Of a stretch of 64,000 bases of DNA, positions 37,203 through 48,960 are shown piece after piece; the stretch's first letter is position 1; the number at the start of each line of letters is the position of its first letter. The translations under genes were made by a program, and so were the position numbers. Source of the stretch: Xylographa opegraphella (Eukaryota). The stretch spans positions 1-64,000 of the forward strand of contig JALDZX010000039.1 of assembly GCA_022813865.1 (NCBI GenBank). Reading direction: 5' to 3'. The notes below the pieces were generated by a model. The model did no database searches, had not been told where the DNA came from, and saw only the letters and a list, made by a program, of their open reading frames with translations.

Positions 37203-38402
37203 ATGTCTGCCGACGCGTGGAAGTCTGTCCCTTTCCCGGTGCCCACACTCGATCGACCATTCGGTGTGGAGTTGTGGCCAATATTCGAGAAACTATGGAT
37301 GTCCTTCCGAACGTTTGCGCCGCAGGACTTCAGATTCGTATCCGGAACTACTCCCATGTCAACTCTGAAAGAGACGGCAGCAGTCCTGGTATCATACTAC
37401 ATAATCGTTTTTGGTGGAAGAGAGTTGATGAAGAACCGACCGGCATTCAAGTTCAATCCTCTATTCATGGCGCACAACCTGGGCTTAACCATCATCAGCG
37501 GTGGTCTTCTAGCTCTATTCATCGAGCAGTTGCTACCCACCCTGTGGAGGAATGGCGTCTTCTTTGCAATTTGTAACGCAAACGGGGGTTGGACTAATCA
37601 GCTCGTAACGCTATACTACGTAAGTACTCTTGCCTGTTTACTATTGTTCCTAGCTCACAATTCTAGCTCAATTATATTACAAAATACTTGGAGCTTTTTG
37701 ACACTGTTTACCTTGTTCTGAAGAAGAAACCACTGAGTAAGAGCCAGTGCTCCATGCCCCGATGCTGCTTGCTGACTGTCTATAGCTTTCCTCCACACAT
37801 ATCACCATGGAGCTACTGCACTACTGTGCTACACCCAACTTGTTGGACTTACCCCAATATCATGGGTTCCGATAACGCTAAATCTGCTTGTGCACGTGGT
37901 CATGTACTGGTACTATTTCCAGAGCGCACGGGGTGTCCGTATTTGGTGGAAGGAATGGATTACGCGTCTCCAAATCGCCCAATTTATAATCGACCTCGGT
38001 TAGTATTGAAGAAAACCTGCCTTCGCCCAAGTACTGATATTCTGGTGACAAGGCTTCGTCTACTTCGCCACATACACCTATTTTACCTCAACATACTTTC
38101 AATGGATGCCCAACGCTGGTAAATGCGCTGGTGAGGAGTTCGCTGCTATCGCAGGTTGTTGTATCCTCAGCTCTTACTTGGTCCTCTTCATCTCCTTCTA
38201 CATCGCCACATACAAGAAACCTCATCAGAAGGGGCGCAAGAGGCGCGATACTGCCACCCGAGCTGCGATTGACATGAGCAAATTCGAGGTTCCGACTGTT
38301 GATAGCATCAGCCACGGGAGTGATGGCATCCTGGGTAATGGAGATGCCAATGCATCTGGGAGAAGTACAAATGGATCTGTTACGAGAGCGCGAAAAGCAT
38401 GA
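37203..38402 (+). CDS. Very-long-chain fatty acid elongase (GNS1/SUR4 family, Elo2/Fen1-like); 4 exons
   Basis: Motifs [36 protein letters not shown] and [10 protein letters not shown], with a basic C-terminus. Introns 37620-37666, 37737-37785 and 37999-38052. Confidence 0.92.
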
Positions 38403-38902
38403 AAACCAAGCCACATTTGAACGAAGTCCATGCGTGGCCCAAAATCGGCTCCACAAGGGACACAAGGGAGGGTAATGTGAGTAACAGAGCTATGCATATA
38501 TTAGTAGCTTAATCTGGTTCTCGGGGGCCGCAGCGAAAATCAAGGATGTGCTATTTATGATACTTCTTTTGTACTTATACTGTAAGATAGTCCAGTACGA
38601 TATTTGATCATTAATGGGGAATTGCGCTTTACGCCTGTGTCTTATACTTGATTTGTTCAGTCCTGTTGCTCTAGCACGTACCAATTAAATAATTGCTGTC
38701 GCGCGTGTCCAGTGGTCTAGTAGGAGTGGGGAGTTCGACTTTGTGGACGATTCTCCAGGCCAATCAATCTTTGCACAAAGAAACGAGACTTGTCGAGGCG
38801 GCTGTTGTATATCAAAGTGGTGAAAGAGGGGTTGCAGGCCCCTTTTGTATTGCAAGTGCACGTCTATGAGGCGATCTCAATAATACATCCAACCACCCTT
38901 CA

Positions 38903-40917
38903 TCATTTTTTGATACCAACCACTACCAGATTCCGAGGACTTTGCTCGTACTCAAAGACGGTCTGCACCCAGCATTCACCAACTTCTTCTTGTTCCTTGA
39001 GCCACAGCCACCTGTCAACCACGATGACAGACTCCATGACGCCTGCACTGAATGCCATCAGACTCCAGATCAAACTGAGCTCGTGCTTCTTGTGCTTAAA
39101 CGCCTCATAGTAGTTGAGAAGATCAGCATCGCTCAGGCTTGCCATACGTTCCTTTATGAAGGCCCCATGCCCCGAACTCTCTCCGATCTTGTCAACAGCG
39201 CCACGAGCGTACATTGCAAAGGATGAGTAGCATGCTTTTCGCAGAGACCCGATGATGATGGGATGCCCACCTCCACTCCAACCGCGCGGACTGCCGCTTC
39301 CAACGTTCGGATCCAATGGACTTGGTTTCTCCACTACACCTATGTCCATAAAGACCTTCTGTAGCAATGCCCGGTAAAAATGTCTTGTGAAGAAGCCCTC
39401 GCATTCCGTTGGCGTCCAATTCTGCGGTGCCTGTACCGCCATCATACGAGCAGTGATGTTCATACGAATACCTTTGCCGTCGCGGTGCTTGTATGAGACC
39501 AGACGCTCCGACATTGGAAATCCATGAGGATCATACGTAGAGGAAGAACGGTCAAGGCGTGGATGAGCGGGACGCAAGGCCGGAAGCTTATAGGAAGGCG
39601 GTCCGAGACGCTCCGTAACGAGATTGTAGCAGCAGCCTACCATAGCCACAGCCTTCACAGACTCATTCAAGAGTAATGACCGCAGTCCATGATGTACGAG
39701 ATTACCGCACGAATGGAGCGATATGACCATGAGTTGAGGATCTAGTCTGGTTGAGTACGATCCATTAGATCCTAGGCTGAGGTCAGCACTCTACATGTGT
39801 AGACAAATTATATAAATCTTACAGCACAATCCTTGTCTTGAGATATTTAGACTAACAGACCAACAGACTTACCATTGAGTTTTGGATCAGACTGTGAGTC
39901 ATTTTCTTCAGCGGTAGCATTTATATCCAGCTGGGACACCACAGTTTCTAAGTCGCCATCCTTGATTACATGCTCAATGTATTGAATATTCTTAGATCCA
40001 TGCTTGTCAGAGGACGCTTCAGTGGCAGGGATTGTTTGACGAGTGCCAATCTGAAGCCCACAATCTTGATATATCATTTCAGCGACTGCCAGCGTTTTCT
40101 GTCCACTCATGGCCTCTCTATGGTCCGCTATTTGCATTTCATTTTGTTGCATACGAAAAGCTTTCTTGTTGCGCTTGATGACCGTTTTTTTCGCCAGTTT
40201 TGCACTCACATCCATACCTTTTGCTCCGGTGATGTTTGCCTCCTTACTCTCCACTGCAACAACCCGTCTGTCGTATACTGGGCTGGCCAGAACCCGGCCG
40301 AGATAATTTTGACCTGATCCAAAGTCAACAACGTGTGTGATTTTGTGAGTGTTAGTGGCACCAAGTTCAGATACTAAGCTATTAACAAAAGCAGCGAAGT
40401 TCTTTACCTCATGGGCCTTTTTGGGCTTCATTCCAATTGTGAGTTGCCTGGATAGACTATGAGCGTTGGGTATATCTGAGGCTTTGACTTTGGCTTTGGC
40501 TTTGAACGAGCGATCAAGTGAGAGTTCTCGAACCTTGAGAATGTAATGTAGTAGACTTTTGGGAGGTAAAGGACCACCTCGCCATTGGGCAAATGAGCCA
40601 TCATGCGACCCGTGAAGCTCATGTACATCACAAGATCGTGTTTCTCTATCATAAAACTCAAAAATCGTACCAAGATCTTCTCTCATCAAAAGATCCAGGA
40701 CATCAGGAATTTTAGATAATCGTAGCCAAACTCGCCACTCCACGAGGAGAATGGCCTCGAAAAGATCAGGATCCCTGGTGAGGAAATCGAGAATATGTAC
40801 ACCACCACATAACGTTTGCAGTATCTCGGATGTGGTCACAAAATCTAGTAGAGCATCGACGTAGTCCTCCTCGCATTTATGGATGGAAGGGTACGGAAGT
40901 GCCTTGTCAAACCGCAT
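38903..40917 (-). CDS. METTL25/RRNAD1-like SAM-dependent methyltransferase; 2 exons (40917-39873, 39771-38903)
   Basis: Motifs LCGGVHILDF, GMKPKKAHEV, VVDFGSGQNYLGR, SLHSCGNL, VGCCYN and SPRNLVVVGIK. Confidence 0.85.
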
Positions 40918-41195
40918 GTTCCCGGTATTTAGGCCTTCATAGCTTCTATAGCTGCTTCCGCGTTCAGTATATATAATCGCAGTCATACTCGTACAGTATA
41001 TGACCCGATGTATAAATACACATTGGCATTCAGGAGGTAATAAGGTACCTTCTTCGCGTCGTCCACCTTTCACGCTAAGCCCGAAAAGGGGGGCATCAAC
41101 TACTGGCCTGCCCTTTGCTACAGTATTAATATATACATTTTCCTGAATGAGATGAAAGGACTTCACCATTGCGCGGATTTGGAACAGCCAGTATA

Positions 41196-42020
41196 ATGTC
41201 TTTTGCCAACTACGATGATCCGTTTCTACAGGTACAGGCGTATGTATACCCTCTCCGGACCAGAGATCAATCGCTCATGAGCGCCCTAGGGATGTGCTTT
41301 CAAAACTGGACATAACGAGACCTCTGTTCACGTCCTATCTGCGGATCAGATCCTTGGCTTCCAACTCATCATCTCCTGAGCTTGCTCAAGCGCGAAGCGA
41401 ACTTGAAACGAACCTACAAGATCTCAGTACCGATCTACAGGATCTTGTAGAAAGCGTAAGAGCAGCCGAGAAGGATCCCTTTCGCTATGGACTGGATGTC
41501 GAGGAGGTTGGCCGGCGGCGGCGACTAGTTGAGGAAGTGGGTGGCGAGATCGAGGATATGAGGGAAGAGCTAGTGAAGGCAGTGGCTGGAGCGCATGTTC
41601 AACGGGGAGGGTTACCGTCACCTTCAGCATTCGATGCGGAATCTCCTCGTGGTGATGACTATGCCGCATTCGAGCAGCAAAGACAGGTCGAGATAATGCA
41701 TGAACAAGATAAGGCTTTAGATGGAGTGTTTAAGACTGTTGGCAATCTCAGAGAACAGGCCCATGTGATGGGCCGGGAGCTGGAAGAGCAGGGAGAGATG
41801 CTCGATGAGGTTGATACCATGACTGACAGGCTAGGAGGAAAGCTGCAGGGTGGCATGAAGAAGATTACAACAATAATCAGGAAGAACGAAGGTATATCCC
41901 AAGTTAGTTAAGTTTATCCACGTCCCAAGCTGATAAGGGATAGACACGATGTCAAGCTGCTGCATCGGAGTGCTCATTTTTGTGCTCATACTACTACTCA
42001 TCCTAGCCATCGCACTATGA
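41196..42020 (+). CDS. TLG1: t-SNARE Tlg1 / syntaxin-6-like; 3 exons
   Basis: N-terminus DDPFLQVQAD, SNARE motif EQDKALDGVFKTVGNLREQA and C-terminal SSCCIGVLIFVL TM. Introns 41240-41289 and 41892-41943. Confidence 0.9.
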
Positions 42021-43146
42021 TAAGCTTTATCTGGAAACCTGATCTATCGTCGCCATTCTATTCAGATACACCCTGTGGATGGTGCAGCAACAGTACGATC
42101 TCGTGATCGCTATCCGAGTCCCAAGCGCCTGTATACGTGTATACTACTATTGGCCACTGACGCTCTATGGAGTCAAATCGGCAAATTACATCTCTGGAAT
42201 CGACGTGAACATCCCTGTACTACAGGAAGATGTCTTGATCGTAAAAATACGCCCTTCGACAAGTCGGAACCTCTCTTCGTGAAATGTGCGCGAGAAGGGT
42301 TGTGTAGGAGCAAACGAGCAACTGGCTCAGAGTCGGCAGATCCTTGAGGAAAGCACGGCGAAGTTGACGGCCATACGAGGTCACCTTAGGCTGGCTATGA
42401 CTGAATTGTCTCCGAGCTCTCACGGCATTCCAAGGTGGCGGATATGCAAGCAAGTTTATCAAAAGGTCAGAGTATCAGGGACGAACGATGGTCGAATGCG
42501 TTTTCGCCAATCACGAACAGTTCGAGTATGGAAGGATTATCATGCACAGGTCGTTTTGTCGATGGTGGCTAGTGGGCAAGTGTATGCTTCAGAACAGCTC
42601 CTATTGACACATTTGATCAGGGTTCACTCCAGCTGAATGACGAATTTTGTGTAGTGCTCAGGATTTGTACATCGCCTGATCATGTATATAAAAACAGAAT
42701 CGTGATTGGTAGTTTATTCGTTATCTAGGGGGCAGGTCGGCATAATGAAGTCGTTGATAGACCCTACCCCAACATACAATTCGTGACCACAACCTCGTTC
42801 AAATGCTCTCCAAGGCACCATGAACATGCAATAAGCTTTGATATAACAATTATATGTATCAAATATCAATATTGTGACAGTCAAAAGTCAAATAATTGGA
42901 CATCATGGTCGACCAAACATTTCATATATTTCAAACTAAGAGCTCTGTCGAGGGGTACTGGATGATGATGTGATTCCCAAATCATCTCAACCCAGACCCA
43001 ACCTATAGTTCAGAGATATACCTGAACTATCTCAGCAATAGCATTGTCGGATCGTCCAAATTAGCCATCACATCAAGACCATTGGCACAAGGAGAAAAGA
43101 AGCTCTAAACATGACTGTTGATCAAAGGAGAGCATTACCAAATACA

Positions 43147-43667
43147 TCACCTTCCCTCCTCTGCTCCTACCGCCTCCCAAGCACGCAACGGATCAGCCCA
43201 AATCTCCCAATGTCCAATCTTACCTTCTTATCAAACTCACTCAATCGATATATAAAATCTTCCTCCCAACTCTTGCCCGTAACCACACTCGCAAACCACG
43301 CATGCGCCACTACACTCACCACCCCGTTCTCGCCAGCTGAGGCATCGACGATAAGGTCCGAACTTGGCGGAAAGGTGTGCTTGTCAGGATGGAAGGAAAG
43401 GGTAGAGGCCAGGAGGCTGAAGTAGTCATCACATGTACTAGAAGATGAGTCTGTAGAGGCATGACCGCCGTCCTTGCGGCCGCGAAAGGTGCGGCCAAGA
43501 AAGGGTAAGCGGGAGGTCGCCCACAATGGACCATGCTCGGTGATCTTGGGGCGAGAGGTGAAGTGTGTGTCTAAGATCTCAGAGGGCTGTTTGGATTCGA
43601 GGAAAGCCTGGCAGAAGGCGTAGCTGTTTAAGCGGAGGAGTGATGAGCGTGCTTGCAAGTCTGCCAT
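43147..43667 (-). CDS. Fungal hypothetical protein (possible NTF2/SnoaL-like fold) with a 1-nt frameshift near the 3' end
   Basis: PKITEHGPLWATSRLPFLGRTFRG...KSWEEDFIYRLSEFD, continuing in another frame as EGKIGHWEIWADPLRAWEAVG. Confidence 0.7.
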
Positions 43668-44016
43668 TATGGGCTGAGACTCCAAACGCCAGTCGCAGTT
43701 CGGATGGACCTATCGAAAGTCGATACAGCTTAGCTACATGTGCATTCACCGAGATTAGTGCTGGAGGTTAGTAAATGGTGGTAAATAATTGAGCGGAGTT
43801 CTGGAATAACGGGCCTCGGGCCAGAGTTTCCCGATCAATATAGCTCCAAATGCATGACTAAGTCCGTAAGGCTGAACATCACATCTAACCTTCTTCTACA
43901 CCTAACCAGCTGCCATAATAAATTCCTCTTCGTCTTGAAGTTCACACCAAAGGCCTCACTCTCGGTACCTCGTACCTCACCACTGAACTCTGCCGCTCCT
44001 GCAAACCTAGCCCATC

Positions 44017-44829
44017 ATGTCCGAACGCAAAGTCCTCCAGAAATACTATCCCCCCGACTTCGACCCCGCGGCCATCACTCGCACCCGCGGCCCCAAACCC
44101 GTGGGGCCCAAAGTGCAAACGGTGCGCCTCATGGCGCCCTTCAGCATGAAATGTACCTCGTGCGGGGAGTACATCTACAAGGGGCGCAAGTTCAACGCGC
44201 GCAAGGAGACCACGGACGAGAAATACTACTCCATCGCCATCTTCCGCTTCTACATCCGCTGCACGCGCTGCTCGGGCGAAATCACCTTCAAAACGGATCC
44301 CAAGAACATGGACTACGAGTGCGAGAAGGGCGCGAAGCGGAACTTCGAGCCGTGGCGGCTGGGGGGCGGGGTCAAGGAGGAGAGCGAGGAGGAGAGGCTG
44401 GACAGGCTGGAGGCGGAGGAGGCGGAGAAGGACGCGATGGGGGAGCTGGAGGGGAAGATGGTGGATGCGAAAAGGGAGATGCAGATCGCGGATGCGTTGG
44501 ACGAGATACGTACGCGGAATGCGAGGAATGAACGAGTGGGCAAGGATGGAGAGATTGAGGTGGGCGCGAAGGACGAGCGAGACCTGGAAAGGGAGGCGGC
44601 TGAGAAGGAAATCGAGGAGGCGGCTAGGAGGGCGTTCACGACCGAGACCGGGGAGAGGGTGAGAAGGATTGGTGACGAGGCCGAAGCGGGGTTGGGTATA
44701 AGTGGCAACTTGGAGGCAAATACAGCTGATGCAGAGTTGATGCCACCGCCCTCGTTTAAGCGAGGGATCAAGAGGAAGAAAGACTTTTCTGCTGCCCTGG
44801 GCATCAAGAAGAAAGTGGCCTTGGTTTGA
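44017..44829 (+). CDS. YJU2: Pre-mRNA splicing factor Yju2/Cwf16 (CCDC94)
   Basis: MSERKVLQKYYPPDFDP, VRLMAPFSMKCTSCGEYIYKGRKFNARKE and FKTDPKNMDY. Single exon. Confidence 0.95.
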   Translation: MSERKVLQKYYPPDFDPAAITRTRGPKPVGPKVQTVRLMAPFSMKCTSCGEYIYKGRKFNARKETTDEKYYSIAIFRFYIRCTRCSGEITFKTDPKNMDYECEKGAKRNFEPWRLGGGVKEESEEERLDRLEAEEAEKDAMGELEGKMVDAKREMQIADALDEIRTRNARNERVGKDGEIEVGAKDERDLEREAAEKEIEEAARRAFTTETGERVRRIGDEAEAGLGISGNLEANTADAELMPPPSFKRGIKRKKDFSAALGIKKKVALV

Positions 44830-45314
44830 TTTATGGAAGTATGTTTCGCGTACGGTAACATCTAGCATGGCGTAACTAACGGACTCGGATGAATCATCAT
44901 GGCAATTGAGTGCCTTCTCTGGTCGGTATCTTATGGTGGAAGGATATACATGGCTTATGACAACAACCAGAGCAGCTCTGAACAAGTCATGCATCAGAAG
45001 AGTTGTATCACAGGTTACAACTTTTGGCATTGGCTCACAATCCTCATATTTAGTCAATGCATGCCTAAAGAAGTTGAAATAGAGATCTATTGTGTCTGTT
45101 GTTCCGAAGTCCATCATATCTCGTCCATCCGACAAAGCATCTGACATCGTCCCAAGCACTAATACAAGATTGTCCTGTCTGGCAGCACCAGTACCTCCAG
45201 AATTTGCCCTGTCCTAGCGCCTCATGCTACACGGTCGATACCCTACCAATGATGCCGCTCAGTCACAGGAAAAGAAGGGAGAATTTTGAACTTTGAGCGA
45301 TAAGCGATCGGGAC

Positions 45315-48119
45315 TCAAGACAGACCATTGCTCATGTTCTGTGCCGAGTTGGTCCCCGATACGGATGCACTGCCTCCAGAATTGGCTCGTTCCTGGCGTG
45401 GTCGTGCCTCGCCACTTATCGTTCGTTGGAGTCTAGTATCGTCGGATGGCTGATGACGGCGGCCCTATTGTTAACGGACACGGTATAGTCAGATTATGTG
45501 CATCCAAAGTGTCCTTATATAATATGGCAAAGAGAATAAATTGGTCGTGAGAGCCCACGCACCAGAGGAAACAAAGAAACCCTAAAGGCCGGCTTGGAAG
45601 TATCGCTGATCTATATGCACCTAGGAGTAAAAGGACTCATACCGAGCTCTGAACTTCCTGATCCCTTGACCGTCGTGGCTGATTACCACCAGCATTCTCA
45701 TCCTGTAGCTTCAAGGCATCCAGCCGCTGCTGACTGTCTTGAGTCATCGGATCGACTTCATCTATCCTCGGAGGCGCAGAGACTTTTGGCCCTCTGATGC
45801 TCAGGGAGGGCTGTGGTGCAGATGCCTGTCCGGAAGACATGCGCTTCGCTTGCTCAGCAAGTTTGTCCCACTTACTCTGCCGTAGCTGTTGCCTCTGATC
45901 CGCAGTGCTTTGCAGCTCGGTATAGTCATGTGAGCAATCGTCGAATAGCTGGGGATTGATTTCCATGAAAAGCTTCATGGCATTATACACCATACCGTGT
46001 ATTGTTCTGCGCTGATCAGCTCCATCCTTTGAAATGCCGAGTAGCTGACCTACCTATTCCAATGCCCTTTCGAATTTTCATAAAGCGGTGCGAACATGAT
46101 AGGAAGAATAACCTCAACATTGTCGCTGATAAGGTTACAGAAATACTCGTTGTTCCAGAAGTATAGGGCTCGTTCTGCGACCTGTGGCAGGAAATTAGTG
46201 AAATTCGTTATGTATCGAGTTGCCCCTCACCTGGAAATGCGGGCTTGCAACAGACCTGGCCAATTGATTGAAGAGAGGCTCCTGAACCTTGGCAAACTCA
46301 TTCGGATCCATAACCTCAAAGATATCCTCCACCTCGTTAAGATACATGACTTCCTTAGTACTATTGACCTTTGGCCAATACCTGAGCAATCCGAGAACGA
46401 CCTAGTATTATACCGTAAGCCAAAGCCTTGTGATTATGAGCTACGAAGACTGACTTCTTCTGTGAGTGCAGCATCCTTCTCTAGAAACTGTACTATACAG
46501 TATGCCAACTGTGGATGGTACATGCTAAGACCTTTGACTTTATGCATCGGTAAAAGAACCCGAGTCAGGAACAACTTGTGCTCTTCTTTCAACGGAAGAG
46601 CAAAGCCATTAATAATCGAACCCAAAATCTCAAGTAGCTCCGCAATACCGTTAAACCTCTCTGTTTCATAGATGAATTGAAAAAACACGTTGTTGATGGA
46701 CCGGCGAATATAAGAACGAAGATTCAAAAATTTTCCGTATATACGATGGAGAGTGGTCTTGAGAAAATCTCGCTCACGCGGATCCTCGGAATCGAACAAC
46801 TCGAGCAGCTGGAATTTATTTCAGCTTGATTCACCAAGGAGTGTAGAGATTTACCTGCAGAACAAATCCATGATCGATATAAGCTTTCGCAACATTAGTG
46901 TTGAAGTCTTGACTTTCGATGAATCGCAGAAAGAATTCATAGACCACCTGGATATGTGGCCATGCAACTTCTAGAACAGGCTCATCTTCTTCCGGATCGA
47001 ATGCTTCTCCCTGAGGATTGACGGGTGGTGGGATTGGCCGGAATAGATTCTTGCTGAACATGTCGACGACTCTCGGATACATAGGTTCTGTAATCACCTG
47101 GCGATTGTTGGCAACGTAATCTAGCAACTCGTGAAGCGCTAATCTTTTTATTTCTTTTGGCTTCATATCGCCGGTGGCGTCATTGAAGTCAAATATAATG
47201 TTACATTGATCGAGTTTCTGCATAAAAAGCTCCTGGCGCCTATTTGGAGGTACCTCGTGGAACCCTGGAAGTTTCTCCAAGTCCCTTTGACGTTGATCTG
47301 ATATATCAAATCTGGATGAATGTTGCCGTTTTGGTGTCCTTATCCCCTCAGGCACATCCTTCGGAGTTGATGAGAGTCGATCAAATGCAAGGGATTTCGT
47401 TCCAGGCTTTGGAGGAGCAAGATCTCCAGGCATTGTTTCCGCGGCACCAGGTGGGGGAATATGCTATCACGTTAAAAGTCAATCATCTTGAGCGTGCAAT
47501 AAGCTCGGCAAAGCATAAATGCAGGAGAATAGGAATACTGACAGGCCGTTGTGAGGGTGCACTATGGGCATTGGGACTTGAACCTACCGGTGCGCTTGGG
47601 CTGATGATGACGCTTGGTGCTAGTAGTTGAGTCCCTCTTGTAGGTGTACTTGGACCTCCCGCTGTGCCCGGTGGCGCCAAACTCCCAAGCGAATGTTGTG
47701 AGGGGAGGAATGGCTGTCCTCCTGGTGAGAGCACGTTTTGTGTAGGTTGAGGGGATGTGTGGAGAGACATGCCATGTAGGTTACCAGAAGAGTTGTTCTC
47801 GTTGGGTGGAAGTGGCTTATTTCGTGGATCATTTAACGTTGTTGTGGACGAGGTGGGTGTTCCGTGGTTCGACGATATTGGCGACTGTGTGTGAACAGTA
47901 GGTATAGAGGTAGAACTTTGAGAAGGAGACGAAGTACCCGAAGTCGAGTCTTTCTTGTTCTTGGAAGAATTTTTGGAGTCTTTAGCTCGAGAGAGCTGCT
48001 CGTGCTGGGAGCGTTAGCCATTTCCGAGGCCAAGAAAACCTGATAGTTAAGGATATGATCAAGGAGATTAAGGGCTATTCAGCGGGAGCTCGTACTACCC
48101 TCTGCCTGAAGCCCTTCAT
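45315..48119 (-). CDS. RTS1: PP2A regulatory subunit B' (B56); multi-exon
   Basis: [17 protein letters not shown] start, plus [61 protein letters not shown] and SPHFQV. The last exon (45464-45315) is inferred; the unspliced form stops at 45637. Confidence 0.93.
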
Positions 48120-48960
48120 GGCTCGCGCACCGAATACCTTAAGTCGAGGTATTTATGTGCCAAGATATCACCCCACGTGTACTGCTTGTGCCAGAATCTA
48201 GCTGTCTACCGGAATAATAATAACTGGCTGGAAAATTGCGGATCGCTGAGGTATCGGTCTTAAGCGTCCAGGCTACCTAGGTCTTAGTTGTCAAAAGCGA
48301 TCATGCATTATCGCTAATTCTTGAAGGATCGCGGTTGCAACTCTGCTTGGTGTTTATATAGTTGAGTCGTGGAAAGCGGAAAGTCGAGCACAACAGAAGT
48401 GCACACGAGGGTCTCGATGCACGAGGGTAGACTTGTTTGTACAAGTCCAGAATGAGCTAGGTATTGTTTGAGCAGGAAAGAAGTATAGCAGGATAGCAGT
48501 CATGAACGTCGTCGTCGAGTGGTGGAGTGGTCCCAATGCCTGGAGACTAGGTGCGGGAGAACACAGGCTAAAATCAAGCGACTGCTATATACAGACCAGC
48601 GGGGCGTCGAACCAATGCCGGCCCCGTTGGTTTCGTGACAGCAATAGCACTGTTCAGCGTCCATTTCTGATTACTTCCGCGTGGATCTCACGTCGCAGAT
48701 CCATGAAGTGCTCGACCATACAGTGAAGTAACGCTTTCTCGCCAGATAAATATCTCTGAAGATTGTGTGTAAGGCAGACCGTTTGTGCTTTGCTTGCCAG
48801 TACTTAAAGCCTACCTGGCAACACGTAAAATGTGTGTGAATCGGGCGTCTACCCCAGAGCAAACGCCTTCTGCTCGGGAGGTCTTTTCTCCAAATCGATC
48901 AGAAACTCTGCTACACAGCTACATGAAGCCTACATAGGCGGAAGCCCGACTTCGAACATA

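Noticed and set aside
42075..42636. Consecutive short plus-strand ORFs downstream of TLG1
   Set aside because: No recognisable homology; probably UTR or intergenic sequence.
42960..43032. Possible C/D snoRNA (ATGATGA...CTGA) and a 9-bp hairpin ATAGTTCAG/CTGAACTAT
   Set aside because: No terminal stem or identifiable rRNA guide; such short motifs are expected by chance.
43942..45159. 405-aa minus-strand ORF, and similar antisense ORFs at 1161-1763, 4949-5584 and 52170-52862
   Set aside because: Shadows of real genes on the opposite strand, with no recognisable motifs.
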